A stretch of 64,000 nt of DNA from Octopus vulgaris. Its lineage: Eukaryota. The position numbers were made by a program, and so were the translations under genes. Numbering within the stretch: position 1 is the stretch's first letter; the number at the start of each line of letters is the position of its first letter. Below the pieces are notes generated by a model. That model had not been told where the DNA came from. It worked only from the letters and a program-made list of their open reading frames with translations, and did not search any database. Of this stretch, positions 42,035 to 56,138 are shown piece after piece. The stretch lies in the NCBI GenBank assembly GCA_951406725.2, contig OX597838.1, forward strand, positions 6,324,001 through 6,388,000, given 5' to 3'.

Positions 42035-42345
42035 TACTTTTCAAAACCTAGTACATATTCTGTCGGCCTATTCTGCCGAATCACTAACTTACAGGGACGT
42101 AAACATACCAGCACCGTTTGTCAGGCGGGGATGGGGGATAAACGTAGACATAAAACCACACAAACACACTTACACACACACACGTATGTATATATATATA
42201 TATATATACGAGGGTCTTCTTTCAGTTTCTGTTTACCCGATTCAGTAACAAGTCTTTAGCCGTTCCAAGTCTATAGTAGACTAGTAGAGGACTCTTGGAC
42301 AAGGTGACACGCAATGGAATTGAACCTGGTACAATGTGGTTAGGA
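42035..42345 (-). mobile_element. SINE family A, degenerate, opposite orientation
   Basis: cctagtacatattctgtcgg...gggacgtaaacataccagcacc...ttctttcagtttctgt...caaggtgacacgcaatggaattgaacc. Confidence 0.75.
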
Positions 42346-42998
42346 ATTAAGTTTTATCGAATGGTAGCTATAGAAGTTTATAGTCAATCTATGATATATT
42401 CACAACAGTGACAAGAAAACAAAAGAAAAACTATATTAATTACTGAATAAAAGAACATTGCAGACACACTTCAATTATATCTGGTAGTACAGAGTACACC
42501 ATAATTTAATATTAACATCAGAGAAGTATGTAAATTTTATAGAAAGAAATACATATAGAGCATACAAAAGAATTTACGAAATTACTTCTTTGGAATTTAC
42601 AGTGTAATATATTTGAATTACATACAGAAAGTTGAATAACAAATTTACTGTTAAATATTACTGCTAATAATATGCAAAAAAGAAGTATGTAGAAGAAACA
42701 CATAAATATCACACATAGACTGAGATGTGTCAAGTAGACGAATTGATAACAGCCGTATAATCAGCATATGCATAGATGTAACGACATCAAAATAATTGCA
42801 GCGGAAAGACAAAAGCAAATGTACACAAACAAGCATGGGAGGAGATCGTTTTTGAAAAACATTTGAGAAATACAAGGTTGGAAGTTAATCAAAACATACG
42901 AAATAATATCAATGAATGGAGACAAAACATGAAGATATTCTCTTAGTTTAATGAGGTGGGGAAACATTTGACGAAACATACCTGTTTCCCTGAATATA

Positions 42999-43057
<59 letters not shown>

Positions 43058-44680
43058 CTATCATCATTCTCTTATTTCACTGTATACTTAATACATATCT
43101 ACTTTTCCTCAATAACGACTTATATCGGGAGCTACTATTTCTCTTTAAATTCCGTACAGGTCGACTTTGATGTTCATCCTTTCGGGGTTGATGATGAATT
43201 CCCATTTGAGGACTGGGGTCGATGTAATCTAAATATTCCTTCTACCGAAATTGCTCTTATTATGCCTCAATTTGAAACAAATATTAATTTCTAACATAGA
43301 TACGGGTGCAAAAATGATTCCTGCAACATTATTTTTTTTAAATATTGCGTTGAAAGATCAAGTCTGTATAATGCGTACATGTATTTTGCTTGAGAAATCT
43401 GGTCATGGAAATCTAATTGCCGCAGTAAGTAGCAGAGTAAGACTTAAGCTAACACGGAAGCCTGTCAGTAGTGGGTTCACCAGGGAGATCTATCGCATAA
43501 TGTAACATAATGTACATTGAAAACAAAGGATGTTGTTTTAAATAAGGATAGACACATCGAACACCGTGAGGTCTCATAAATAAAAAGAGGATGATCACAG
43601 TTGGCAGGTATTAAAGAAGTTGTCTACAGCAACACAAATAACGACTGCAATACTGCGTAATATGTGAATAGATCAATAGAGGCAGAAAACTAGTAATGCC
43701 AGGAAAATTGGAATACCATTCCTTGGTATTCGGGTTCAAAAGTGTCATGACGGGATAAGTGAAAAAGAATGTAATTAAAGTGGGGGAAATATTTTTCTAT
43801 TGGTGGCTTTTGACCTATCCGGCCAAGGATCTGTTTCTCATCAGCTCCAAGCCGCAGAAAGAAGTCAATGAAAGTATAAGATACACAAGGAAAGATTCTA
43901 AATGTTTGATTTACTTAAAACAGACTCTGTATTTGGATGCAAATCAGTGAACTTATGCTGTGTTTGACCTCTACTCTCTCGTCTTGAATATTTCTGCCCT
44001 GATAATTGTCTCGGTAATATTGGATCAGACAGACAAGAGAATAGCGTAACCACAGAGAAAATATTTTTAAAAAAAAGCAGCATCACTAACAACCACGACA
44101 TTAATAACAGCAAGAAGAGTAATAAAATCCTCAGACAAAAATAAAACAATATCCGGTAACAAATCTATTCATACAAATAGTTCTCAGCGTCTCTCGTATA
44201 TTGAAGCGTGTTCCATTGGGGAAATACAAACTTCGCTAACTTTTGTATTTACTGAAACAATATCTTGGTGAAAATTCAATATAATTATTCACGAAGCTTC
44301 CAGTCGTCAATGTTTATGGGTTTTCAATTTAATCCATTAAAACTTGAAATAAAAATATTCAAACAAATTGTTGCGACAAAAAATAATGCAAAAAAAAAAT
44401 TAAAATGTAAAATGTGATGTACTTCATGTCCATTTCTTATTTTTATGTTCATTGCAAGACAATTATTCCTATCCAAGCCTATGATATGTCCTGTGTTTGA
44501 GCCACAGACGGTTTTCTTAATCATTTATTTTATATGGTTATACTTTCTTACGTAATAGGGGTCCCAGGTGATAAATTAATGGTTTTATTGAATTTTTGTT
44601 ATCAAGGGTGTATCTATTACTCACTGAAAAGTTATAACCCAATCGTTCTCCTTCAAAAATAAGTGTTTTCTCCCGTTTTC

Positions 44681-44894
44681 TACGAAGCGCTGAAAAGTTC
44701 TTGGCTTCAGTTTCAAAGAAACTACAAGAGGAGCAGTTAGGATATTATTCAACATATGCACCTCTCAGATTCACACATTTATTGCAGCGGCCCTTCAATT
44801 TTCTAAGCCCTGTAAAAGAACTCAGAAGCCTGAACTTCCAACGTGGCCCTTTGCGATACCCTTAAAGCCTGGAACTTTTACGCAGCACCTCATA
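44681..44894. mobile_element. Mariner-type MITE (~214 bp)
   Basis: TIRs tacgaagcgctgaaaagttcttggctt / aagcctggaacttttacgcagcacctcata, TA-bounded. Confidence 0.75.
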
Positions 44895-46544
44895 TATATT
44901 TCACCAATATAATCTGAGGTAAATCATATATAAATGTAAACTTGTTTGTGTGTCCATCTATCTTTTAATGTAACACTTACCAAATCCTATTCTCCAACGG
45001 ATTCTTTAATAGCGATCGCATCACTACTTAGAGGCACAATTCGATCGATCTTCTACACCCATCAATTATATACGCGTTGACTGTGAAGAAACTTTACTGG
45101 AGTTGTCTTACATCGTCCCATCGCGAACATAATAAAATTGTTTCTTCAATATCGACATATACTATACCAGTTTCCTTTCGGTGTCAACGATGCATATTTG
45201 ATTTCCGTTTCATACAGGCCTATGTTTCAACTCCTCTATTCGTTGAATGTAGAAATTGCTGCGGTGCTCTATCTGTCAATATGCCAAATTCACCGAAGGG
45301 AATACCAGAAAATATCCTCTAGAAATGTTTACTGATAAACTCACTTCTAGGAAAGAAGTTATTAGTTAACAGGAGCCATACTTTCAAGAATGATAATGAT
45401 ATAGATCTGACCCTAACCCTCTATAATTCTTTATTATCCATAAAGGACAATACATAGATGGAGACGGTATAATCGGGGAACATAAAATAACAAAAGTGGA
45501 TGAATAAAGACGAAGAAATTAAAAAATAAGAATGAATTATGATAAGATAATATAACGAGGCGCAATGCCCACTCGACCCCCGAAATGGAGTGGTTACATT
45601 TGGTCACAATACGGAATCGAACCAGCGATTGTCTGCAAGTGATGTTTCCTGGCGCCAGTGCATATGTTGTTTCAAGCAAGTGTTATTAAATACGTAAGAT
45701 TATGTTCCTCTCTTAATTTCAAAATTCTTCTTGCTGCTAGAAGAGTTTCAACTCTGCAGAACGTGTTCTGTCACCTTTAGATAAACTGTGCGCCACAAAA
45801 GATATTAGAGAAACCGAATTCTCTGAAGAATAGCAAGAATATTTGCCCTTTGTGACAGTTTGGCGCACACAGTACAATAAGAAAGTTACACCTGATTATA
45901 AAAGTAGAAGTTAAAAAAAAAAACTGAAATTAAAATAAGGAAACCTGAGTGTCAGATTCCATCAGTTATGCAGCTCCCAACAGCTTGTTTCGAGTCACGT
46001 TAGCAAATTCAATAATGATACGAATAATCGATCATTTGGAGGTTCGAGTTACGCAGTACAAATACATATTGTCAATGGCAGCTAAACCATAATTTGTTTA
46101 AATTATACACAAATCGTCTTCGTAGCTTTATATGCCTGCGAGCGAATCAGTGCAGAGGCCCCCAAAATATGTACTTATTGACAGTAAAACAATACATATA
46201 AATCGGAATTTATCCCTTACACCAATTAAAACACCAATCACAACACCCAGTGTACTCATTCTTTCAGATGTCACTTCCTATTCAAATGGTATTTAGTCCT
46301 GAAACAACAAATGTACTGCAAATTATTGATGTGTCATCCTTTTAACATAAAGACATAATACAGTATCACCACTACTTCTTCAATATTTGATAACGTAATC
46401 CCTTTCAGAAAAGTGAAACCGAGGTTCTTAATGTGTTGAATCAGAATATTTCCATAGCTATGTCGAAAGGTATTTTCGGTAAAATCTATAAATATTTAAT
46501 ATGTATAGACATATAAGTATATACATACGCTATTGCACACACAG

Positions 46545-46576
<32 letters not shown>

Positions 46577-46625
46577 ACGCACACACACGCGCACAAGCAT
46601 CCACATATATATATACATACGTACA

Positions 46626-46815
46626 TTGGGAGAGTTTACGAAAAAACAAAAGATGAAGACAGGTGGTGTACAAAAACAAACAGATGTATTAGTATAACGC
46701 TCAGGAATAAAAAAAAGTCTTTACGTTTCGAGCCTACGCTCTTCTACAGAAAGGGACACAGAAAAAAACCAGGAGAGAAAAAAATGTGTGTAGTGGCTAA
46801 CGATCTATCATGGCG
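46626..46815 (-). mobile_element. Family G short element (related to F) with hammerhead motif at 46719-46753
   Basis: Minus: cttt-CTGTAGA-a-gagc(gtag)gctc-GAAA-cg-TA-aag, followed by ttcctgagcgt..aatac as in family F. Confidence 0.7.
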
Positions 46816-47044
46816 ATACATGTGAGAAGATATAAGGTAAGTTAATTAAGAGTTTTAAAAAATCAGTTATTTTATCTTATGTTTCTATATTTTGGGGATA
46901 TAACACGTCCTTTAGGGCATTTAGAAGGGACAAGATTAGAAAAGATCGTTGTTTTGATGTGAGTGGGAGAAAAAAAGGAGAAGGAAGGTGACATGCACAG
47001 GCTGGTGTTCTGATACTGACAAGTTATGCTTCTTGTAGTTCTTC

Positions 47045-47215
47045 CCTGCATTTTTTATGGCTGTTTTCCCTTTCTCGATAATTAGGGCCTCCATGATACT
47101 TAGATTACCCCTGTTACGTAACGTGGCCCTGATGGATCACTTGAAATCTCAGGTGCCGCACTCCTTTGGGTGACTTTTGATTGAACTGTGCAATATTGTG
47201 TGATATTACAAAGGA
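47045..47215 (-). pseudogene. Possible Penelope GIY-YIG endonuclease C-terminal remnant
   Basis: Minus-strand pieces IAQFNQKS.., F(Q/K)VIHQ and NLSIMEALIIEKGKTAIK resemble the LxIxEALxI...PxIN end of Penelope endonucleases; frameshifted. Confidence 0.4.
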
Positions 47216-47257
47216 AAATCCTACAGTGCTTCACCAAATCTACTCCACACACACATA

Positions 47258-47289
<32 letters not shown>

Positions 47290-47290
47290 T

Positions 47291-47323
<33 letters not shown>

Positions 47324-47343
47324 GGCAACGAAATCATCACAAA

Positions 47344-47379
47344 TGTCTGATGAACAGAAACGTGAAACTCTGAGTAACA
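47344..47379 (+). ncRNA. Minimal type-I hammerhead with canonical core (family D)
   Basis: tgt-CTGATGA(47347-53)-ac(agaaac)gt-GAAA(47364-67)-ctc t gag-TA-aca; GUA triplet 47374-76; distal pairing atcacaaa/tttgtgat. Confidence 0.7.
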
Positions 47380-47450
47380 AGTTTGTGATAACTTTGCAAC
47401 TTTAATAAAAGCATATGTTTTCCAAATTACTTTGCATGTATGTGCTTGCT

Positions 47451-47572
<122 letters not shown>

Positions 47573-48445
47573 GTGTGTGTGTGTGTGTATATATATATGT
47601 ATATATATATATATTTATATATGATCACAATTGTTATGTCATTAATTTTGTAGTTATCGCTCACTCTCAATTTAACTCGTCACTGAATTCCTTGTGGACA
47701 GTGAACACGATGGTAATTGATTAGGTGAACAGTAGTTAAAGCCTACGAAGTAATTGCTCTATTCTAGGTAAAACGAATGACATTCAAATACATCGAAGGC
47801 GTAATTAACCTGCATGATAATACAACTGGTCTTAGCAATGATCCACTATAGGCTTAGGCCAGGAATACATAATTGTATACATTTTCTAAAACAAGGAGGT
47901 ATCTATCGATATATAATTGCGCAAATGATATTATATCGTAATGATATCTATATGGTCAGTGCTTTGAGCAGCGTTATTCAACTCATCTCCGTGACATTAT
48001 GATCGTAGATGCGATTATTGACCGAAAAGGACAACATCCGTAATGCTAATTCTCATGTGATATATGTCATTTCGAAAACAGTTTCCCTCATAACCGATAA
48101 AAAATTGACTCTCTGTTTAAAGGATTACAAAAACTAGAGCAAACACTAGTTTTAAATAAATGTTAATGTGTGTGTGTGTATGTGTATGCATTTCTGCGTT
48201 TGTGTGTCCTATTTCGTGTATGTGATTGTGTGTCTGTATCAAACTATGCAATATGTATGGTGTAAGAAATTTAGAAATCGCTAAGACGATGTAAAAAAAC
48301 CCCAAGAGAACAGTGCGTGTGATCTGTGAAAAAGAAAAGAAAATTGCATAAGCACTTAGAATACACCTACACACTCACGCTCATAAACTCTCATATATAG
48401 AAGCAAGCGTGCACATACGCACAGGCCATCAAAGATATATATATA

Positions 48446-48500
<55 letters not shown>

Positions 48501-48607
48501 GAGGGACAGAGAGAGAAGGAGGTTTGGAGACATGGAGTTTTTGTGAGAAAGTAAGATAGATAGACTAGATTGATAACTTGATGGATAGATAGATACACGC
48601 AGAGGTA

Positions 48608-48683
<76 letters not shown>

Positions 48684-49291
48684 ATGTAGATTATAGATAG
48701 ATAGATAGATAGATAGATATCAGAGTGAGAGAGAGTCAGAGAGATGCATTTGAGCAAGGATATGTGTAAATATGTATGTAAACATACATGAATCTTCGTG
48801 TATAGATACTTAGATAGATACAGTCTGTACGTGGTGAGATTCGTAGAGAGAGAGGGGGAAAGAGAGGGAGAGGGAGAGAGCGACTTTAATATTTATGTGT
48901 TTTTCAGTTGGTTTTGCTTGCCATTCAATATTAGCGAAAGAGCATACTCTAGCTACGATTCATGATTTTGCATCAAGCTCTCAAGATTGCTTGCACAGTG
49001 GTGCTCCTATGAATCACGACTCGCTATTTTTTGTGACATGAAATCGTTAATATTCACGCGTGGCTGATCAACTGTATTTCCTATGACAGATCTTGCATAT
49101 GAACATTACTCAAGCGACGCTAACTGTTGAATGTGAGTTAGAGCTTTTTGAAGAGCTTACATGTTGGTGTCATATATAAAAGAAATCTGTAATGGGCCAC
49201 TTGTATAAATGTGCTTCGGATTGCCCAATATGTCAGACAGATATCCATAAAACATACGCATATGTGATATGTGTTGGTGTAGGTATCTATG

Positions 49292-49369
<78 letters not shown>

Positions 49370-49453
49370 CGTATATATATATTTATATATATATATATAT
49401 ATATTACATATATATATATATACATGTCTATATGTATACATATAAAACTACAG

Positions 49454-49521
<68 letters not shown>

Positions 49522-49928
49522 AATGTACCTATACCTTCGTCTGCCTGCGTTTTATGTGTTTTTCTGTCGAAAAAGTGATTTTCTAACCGATATTTATATG
49601 CTATTATTTATAGACATATGTGGGCTTAGAGATCCATAGCTCACCCCCCACACCACCCGCACATACATATATGTTAGAGGGTACATATATTATTATACGT
49701 GTGTGTGGGGGGGGGCTGTCTATGCGTGACCATAGGTGTATCCATGCTTATGCATATATCTGCATGCAAATACAATTGCGTATTGTTAAGAAATACACAT
49801 CTCTATAATGGTACCTTAGCTCATATTGTTTTATACACAGACACATGCATGTATATATATATATGTATATATATACATATATATATATGTGAAAATAATA
49901 ATTGGTGCCTTGTTGTACCATTTATTTA

Positions 49929-49968
<40 letters not shown>

Positions 49969-50199
49969 ACAGAGGGTTAAACCCATTACATGCCAGAAAT
50001 AGCAGTCAAAACACTCATAGAGCCATTATAATCACTTATATATTCGTGAATAGTGTTGAAGTGTCTAGAATATATCCTGCGTAATGTATTTTTTACATTC
50101 ATTCCCCTTTTTGATATATAAGAACAATATTGCTTAGATGGAATTTAGATATACATAAACACATGCATACATACGTATATACATACATATACACACACA

Positions 50200-50242
<43 letters not shown>

Positions 50243-50358
50243 ACGATTGAGGGTAAAATTAATTAATTAATCAATTTCACCAAGTGTTCAGTATGTAAAA
50301 GGACCATTTAAGGCGAATTCAAAATATTACATTATATAATTAGGGCTTAGTAAAATAA

Positions 50359-50425
<67 letters not shown>

Positions 50426-52031
50426 GTATACATGTATATATATATATATTCAATTTAAAATGAGGGTGAAAAATTGGATATTAATTTGATTACCATCAAT
50501 TTATAACCAGTGGTCTAGCATATTAAATTCTGAACGTTCGGGAAAATTGTATTACATACATATGAGTGTGATGACCACTGTGTGGACAATCTTTATTGTA
50601 GAAGTAGATCTGCTATGGTCTTACCACTAAGGAATGTTCTGAAGAAAATTGAGCAAACACCAGAAACGTAAGCGAACAAGACAAATGAAAAGTAACAACG
50701 ATATAAATTAACCATAAACATAATTCACTATTAACTGTTATGTAGTTTTACTTACACGATTTGTCCGTAGATCTTCGCAGGAGGCTATCAATTTTAAGAG
50801 TTTTTAGATCGAGTAATATAAACACCTATTCTTGATCGGTTCTGGCGAGGATGGAACTCACAATGTGTAGACTCGGCATTGATAACTCAAAATGAATTAT
50901 TTCCCACGACGCTTTGTCTATCCTGTCGATTATTTTTATTAACAATATTACTACCGTCTAACAAACTGTCATAATGGTAATGTTATTAGCTTCTTTCAAA
51001 CGATATTTATTTTATTTTAAGCTCAAAAGAAAAACGTTCAACCAAAAAGTGTGAATAATGTATTTCTAGAGCAATTAAAGATGCCGGTACTTTTAGAATG
51101 ACAGTATTTTAGATATTGAAAATGGGTGAGAACTATATATTTCGTGACGAAATGGAATGTCTATGTTTTGGGAAACTTAAATTGAATTAAACATATCTTG
51201 ATCATTGTTTTGCTTAACTGCTATTGTTCATGTTTGAATGTTGTTAAATATACAAAAGGAAACTTCTCCAAATAATTATTGAAATAATAATTGTGATAAA
51301 AGGAATCGATATTCTGTGAAATACCTAATTGTACAGCATGAAAGCGAGAACATAATAAACGAAAAGCAATATTTTATACAATATCTTGTAAGAGGGCCTA
51401 AGGCCAAATGAACCCGTCGAAATAGTGAAAACGATAAAAATAAATATACACAGAACTAATGAATCATAATTTACGAATTCAACAATATCAGAAGAGCACG
51501 TAATCACCTTCATTTGATCTTAACATTATACACTTCCTCTCAAACCAAAACACATCTCTTTTGTTTATTATTATTATTAGTTGCTGACTCTGAAGGAATT
51601 CGCGTTACCCCTTGCAGTGAATACAGTTCTTTTAATATAGCAGAGGAAAAGACGCGAACTGGGAGAAAATACGCTTTACATTCGGCATTTAGTTAGAAAC
51701 GTGAATAGCGGTCTAGGACGCGACGGTTTAGTCGGGGAGTGGATGCCTAGTGGAAGAGGTATGAAGCCAGCAGGATCTAAGGGGAGATTGCCATCCATTG
51801 TAGTAATTTAAAACAGAGAAAACTGCGGTAGATTAAACCACTTTCTTGTGGGTTAAATGATAGTACATTTCTAATAGTGTTTTAATGTTAAGCAGTCGAG
51901 CGAGGGTCGCGTTGCTATATATATATATATAAAACTTAGATAAAACTTAGATATGTTTCGACCAAAGATTGGTCCAGGCCATGTCTAACTTAATAGCACC
52001 ACCTGATAGGATTATTTGAATCCTGTTTAAG

Positions 52032-53500
52032 TTAAGTTTTGTTTATGGTCCATTCAAGTAGTGAGTTTTTGTTGGGTGAGTTGTATCCAATTATGGGTGG
52101 CTTATCTGGTATTCCTTGAAGGCATCTATCCAGACTCCGTTTAAAGTTGATGGGATCCTTTTCCTCTTTGATCTCTTTCGGGACAATGTTAAATAGGGCA
52201 GGGCCTGTTGAGGAAAAGAAATTATGTTGCAGTGTACATGTATGCTGTGATCTTGAATTGGGCAGGGGACGTATGGCCCGTGGTCCCAGTCTTGGATGAA
52301 CCTTGAAGCTAATGTTCAGGTCGTTTGGGCAAAGTTGCGGTATATTCTCCACATCGTACAAATGATGTACCGCTCACGGCGACGCTGGAGGGAGTAAAGT
52401 TTCAAGGCTTTAAGGCGATCCCAATTACCGAGAGCAGCCATGCCTTCAATTCGTTTAGTGATTGCCCTCTGGGGTGATTCAATCCTTGAGACGTTTTGTC
52501 TTGTATGGGGAGACCACAGTGGGCAGCAGTATTCGAGGTGTGGCTGTAAAAAGGAGGAGAAAAGTGGTATGATGACACCTTGTTCTCTGGACCGGAGTGT
52601 TCTTAAGATCCCGGAACTCATCCTACGAGCTTTATCGACCTTCTTGTTGATGTGTGCACTCCAACTGAGATCGTCATCAACAATTACACCCAGGTCTCTG
52701 ATATTGTTAGAGGCTGTGAGCGGTTCCCCTGAAGGAAGAGAGTATGGCTGTTTTTGTGAGGAATTTCTTCCAAAATGCATCAGCTCAAATTTTCCCTCGT
52801 TCAGTTGCATTTTGTTTCTGTCTGTCCATTGACTCATAGCATATAGATCAGATTGGAGTTGAGTTCGGTCTGCTTCTTCATTGATGATTTGCTTGATCTT
52901 AGTGTCATCAGCAAATATTTTCACTTTGCAGTAATGTACGACACTGAAAAATTCGTTTATGTAAGTTATGAAGAGTAGTGGACCCAAGACAGTCCCCTGG
53001 GGAACACTGCTGGTGACTTTTACTGGGCTTGAGTGGACTCCATGAACTACAACATGATGTGTTCTATTCGTCAGGAAATACTTAATCCAGTGTAGAACTT
53101 TTCCACGGATTCCAACATTTGCCAATTTTGAGAGTAAGATATTATGGTCTACCCTGTCGAAAGCTTTACTGAAGTCAAGATATATGACATCAGAGTTCGA
53201 ACTTGTTCCCAAGGCTTTGAGTACATCTTCAATGTGGTCTAAGAGCTCTGTTAGACAGTCCCTGCCACAGCGAAAGCCATGCTGATTTGCATTTAAGAGT
53301 TTGTGGCTCACCAGGAAATCAGATATCCTTGATCTTAACACTCTTTCAAACACTTTAATGATGTGGGATGTGAGTGAGATTGGGCGATAGTTGAGGGCGA
53401 GGGATCTGTTTCCCTGTTTGAAAACCGGGATTACTGACTGGGATAGAAACTGTTTCGGTATATAACCTGCGTCTAACGAATTTCTCCAGAGGATGGTCAA
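52032..53500 (-). pseudogene. LINE ORF2 reverse transcriptase and C-terminal region (frameshift near 52330)
   Basis: NYRPISLTS, QHGFR, YLDFSKAFDRVDH, VPQGTVLGPLLF, FADD, RDLGV, PHLEYC, SLQRRRERY; continues LFNIVP..FKRSLD in the next frame. Confidence 0.96.
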
Positions 53501-53972
53501 AGGGACTGCAAGTTGGTGTCTACATTCCTTCTGGAGACTAGCGGGGAATCTATCAGGGCCTACAGCAGAGTAGTATTTGACCTCATTTATTGCTGCTATG
53601 ATGTCAGTGGCAGTGAAGGTTATGTCCGAGATTTTTGAGAGTCAACTTCGTTCGCTTGTCTTACGTCAATATCAGTGGGAACACTAAAGACAGAGCAGTA
53701 TTGTTTCTGCAGTATTTCTGCCATTTCTTTAGCATCGTGTTGGGGAATGCCGTTATCGTCAATCAATGGCCCAATGGGTGAGACAGTGGTTCTATGCTTA
53801 TTTGCGTAAGACTAGAACACTTTTGAGTTCTGTTTGATGTTTTTGATTACCCACTGTTTCTCCACAGCTCTTTGATTTTCAATGGAGGTTTTCATGTCGG
53901 TCTGCAGATGAAGTTTTTCCAGCTCTATCCTTTTCATTGTTGCTGAATGTGGATGTTGTATGTGGGAATATT

Positions 53973-54985
53973 TTAATTGGCTGATTTTTTGGTTGAGTCT
54001 TTTGATGCGCCTGATGAGTGTTTTTTTTTCTTTTTAGGGAGCCGGTTTCTGTTTGTGTTAGTAGATTTCGTGGGAGCGTGTTTAGAGCATGTATAGGTGG
54101 CAATTTTTTCAAAGTGCTGCCATGCGGTCTCAATATGCGTGGAATTGAGAGTAAAAGACCAGTCGATGGAAGACAGATCCTTTCTGATTGCTCCCCAGTC
54201 CGCTTTGTGGAAGTTTATGTTGTCAAATGAGTGCCGTGGAGTGGGATTGGCTGGTTTGGTTTTAATATGTCGGGAATTAAAATTGCAGAGTACCACGTCG
54301 TGGTCTGAGAGGAGAGCTTTTTCAGCTGAAATATTGTGAACGAAGCTAGAGTGATTGGTCAATACCAGATCCAAGATCGTTTTATACTGTCTCGTTGGTT
54401 CGAGCACTAGCTGAGTCAGGAAGTATTCATCCATTAGATTAAAGAACAGTTCTGCTGCTGCTCTATCTGATGTAGAGCATTTGCCTAACTTCAGTGTATT
54501 TGTGGGCCAGTTCACATGAGGGAGGTTAAAATCACCCATCACTAGTATGTTTCCGGAGTTGTACTTCCGAAGCAAGGACTTGACTTTGCTAAGGCACTTT
54601 TCACAGCACTTTAGATGTGCTTGGGGAGGCCTGTAAAGACCAACAATGATTATGTCCTTGGCCTTGCTGAATAGTGATACCGATTCACAGTAGCCATTGG
54701 AAAATATGTCCTTGACATCAAGTGAAAAGGAGTCATGGATAAAGATGGCTGTCCCTCCCTTATTTCGGTCTGTGTGATCCGTACGAACAATGGTGAAATC
54801 TATTATTTTCACCTCTGCGTCCATATGGGTGTTGTTCAGGTGAGTCTCGGATAGGATAAAGAAAGGGAAGCAATGTGCCGTTTCGGCAAGCCAACTCTCT
54901 ATATATGGGATCTTCCATTTTTGGGCAATAATTGATGGGTTGATGCCACGTACATTTAACAGGAATGTCGAGGTAAGGGAAGTTT
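53973..54985 (-). pseudogene. LINE ORF2 apurinic-type endonuclease domain
   Basis: LLNVRGI, LSETHL, KGGTAIFI, GLYRPP, VMGDFNLP, ILDLVLTN, SDHDVV. Confidence 0.95.
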
Positions 54986-55006
54986 GATGTTTGCATTGTT
55001 CTAAGT

Positions 55007-55059
<53 letters not shown>

Positions 55060-55334
55060 TATATATATATATAATATATTTATATATATATATATATATA
55101 CAAACATATATATTTATATATACATATATATATATATATTCACATATATATATATATACATACATACACACACATACATATATATATATACATCTATATA
55201 TATACGTGCGTGTGTTTGAGCTTGTGTAATGTCGCACTCACATAACTTGTGTGTGGACTTAAACTTATTTCTATGCCAAGAGATAGAGAGATAGCTACCT
55301 ATATACATGGACAATGTTAGTGAATGTATGTATG

Positions 55335-55385
<51 letters not shown>

Positions 55386-56061
55386 GGAGGGGAAGGCAAA
55401 CGAACTGATTCTTAGCTACATCGATATAAAATGACATATATATATATATATATATATTATTAATCCTAAATTCTATTTTCATTAAGGTGATAGACAAACA
55501 CAGCATGAAATGAATGGACAACAACAATTACAGTAGGTCGGACAACAATAACTGCTAGTATGTCATGCTGTAATGTTCGAAGTAAAAGTTGAGTTTAAGT
55601 CACAAGTTTAGTACATACATTCTGACCACCGAACAAAATCAATCTTGCGTGGTTGTAACTGATATATAGTAGCCAATCTGTCACAGTTAGCCATGGCAAA
55701 ATGGTTTTCGAACAGCTCGAGATATCGAGAAGCCTACGATGTCAGGATATTCACGTGACATAGCACTAACAATCACGACAGCACCACATCTATTTGTTAC
55801 AGTTTTCTCCAGTAGACTGGAAAGTGCGTTCGTTATTTATTTACAAAACACCATTAGAGAATTAAACTTTCTTTCTCCATGCAGAGTGGCAGAGGGACAG
55901 GTAGCCGTGTGGACATACAGAGATGCACGCTTGCGAATTTTGACAAATAATGCACGCGCATACTGTCAAACATACACAAATATACCTGCATGTATATTTG
56001 CATACACACCACACACACATATAAACACACATGCACACATACATCCCCCCACACGCATATA

Positions 56062-56126
<65 letters not shown>

Positions 56127-56138
56127 GTATATATACCT

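Larger units (their letters stand above)
51931..55007 (-). mobile_element. Non-LTR retrotransposon (CR1/L2/Jockey group), 5'-truncated at the start of ORF2, decayed
   Basis: APE + RT motifs in broken frames; 3' UTR stem-loop (51947-51988); (tatctaagttt)2 tail; (TA)n on both sides. Confidence 0.95.

Noticed and set aside
51947-51988. LINE 3' hairpin followed by GAAAC, hammerhead-like
   Set aside because: No CUGANGA-type strand; folds better as a simple stem-loop with an internal loop.
52440-52832. 130-aa plus-strand ORF
   Set aside because: Antisense shadow of the LINE RT.
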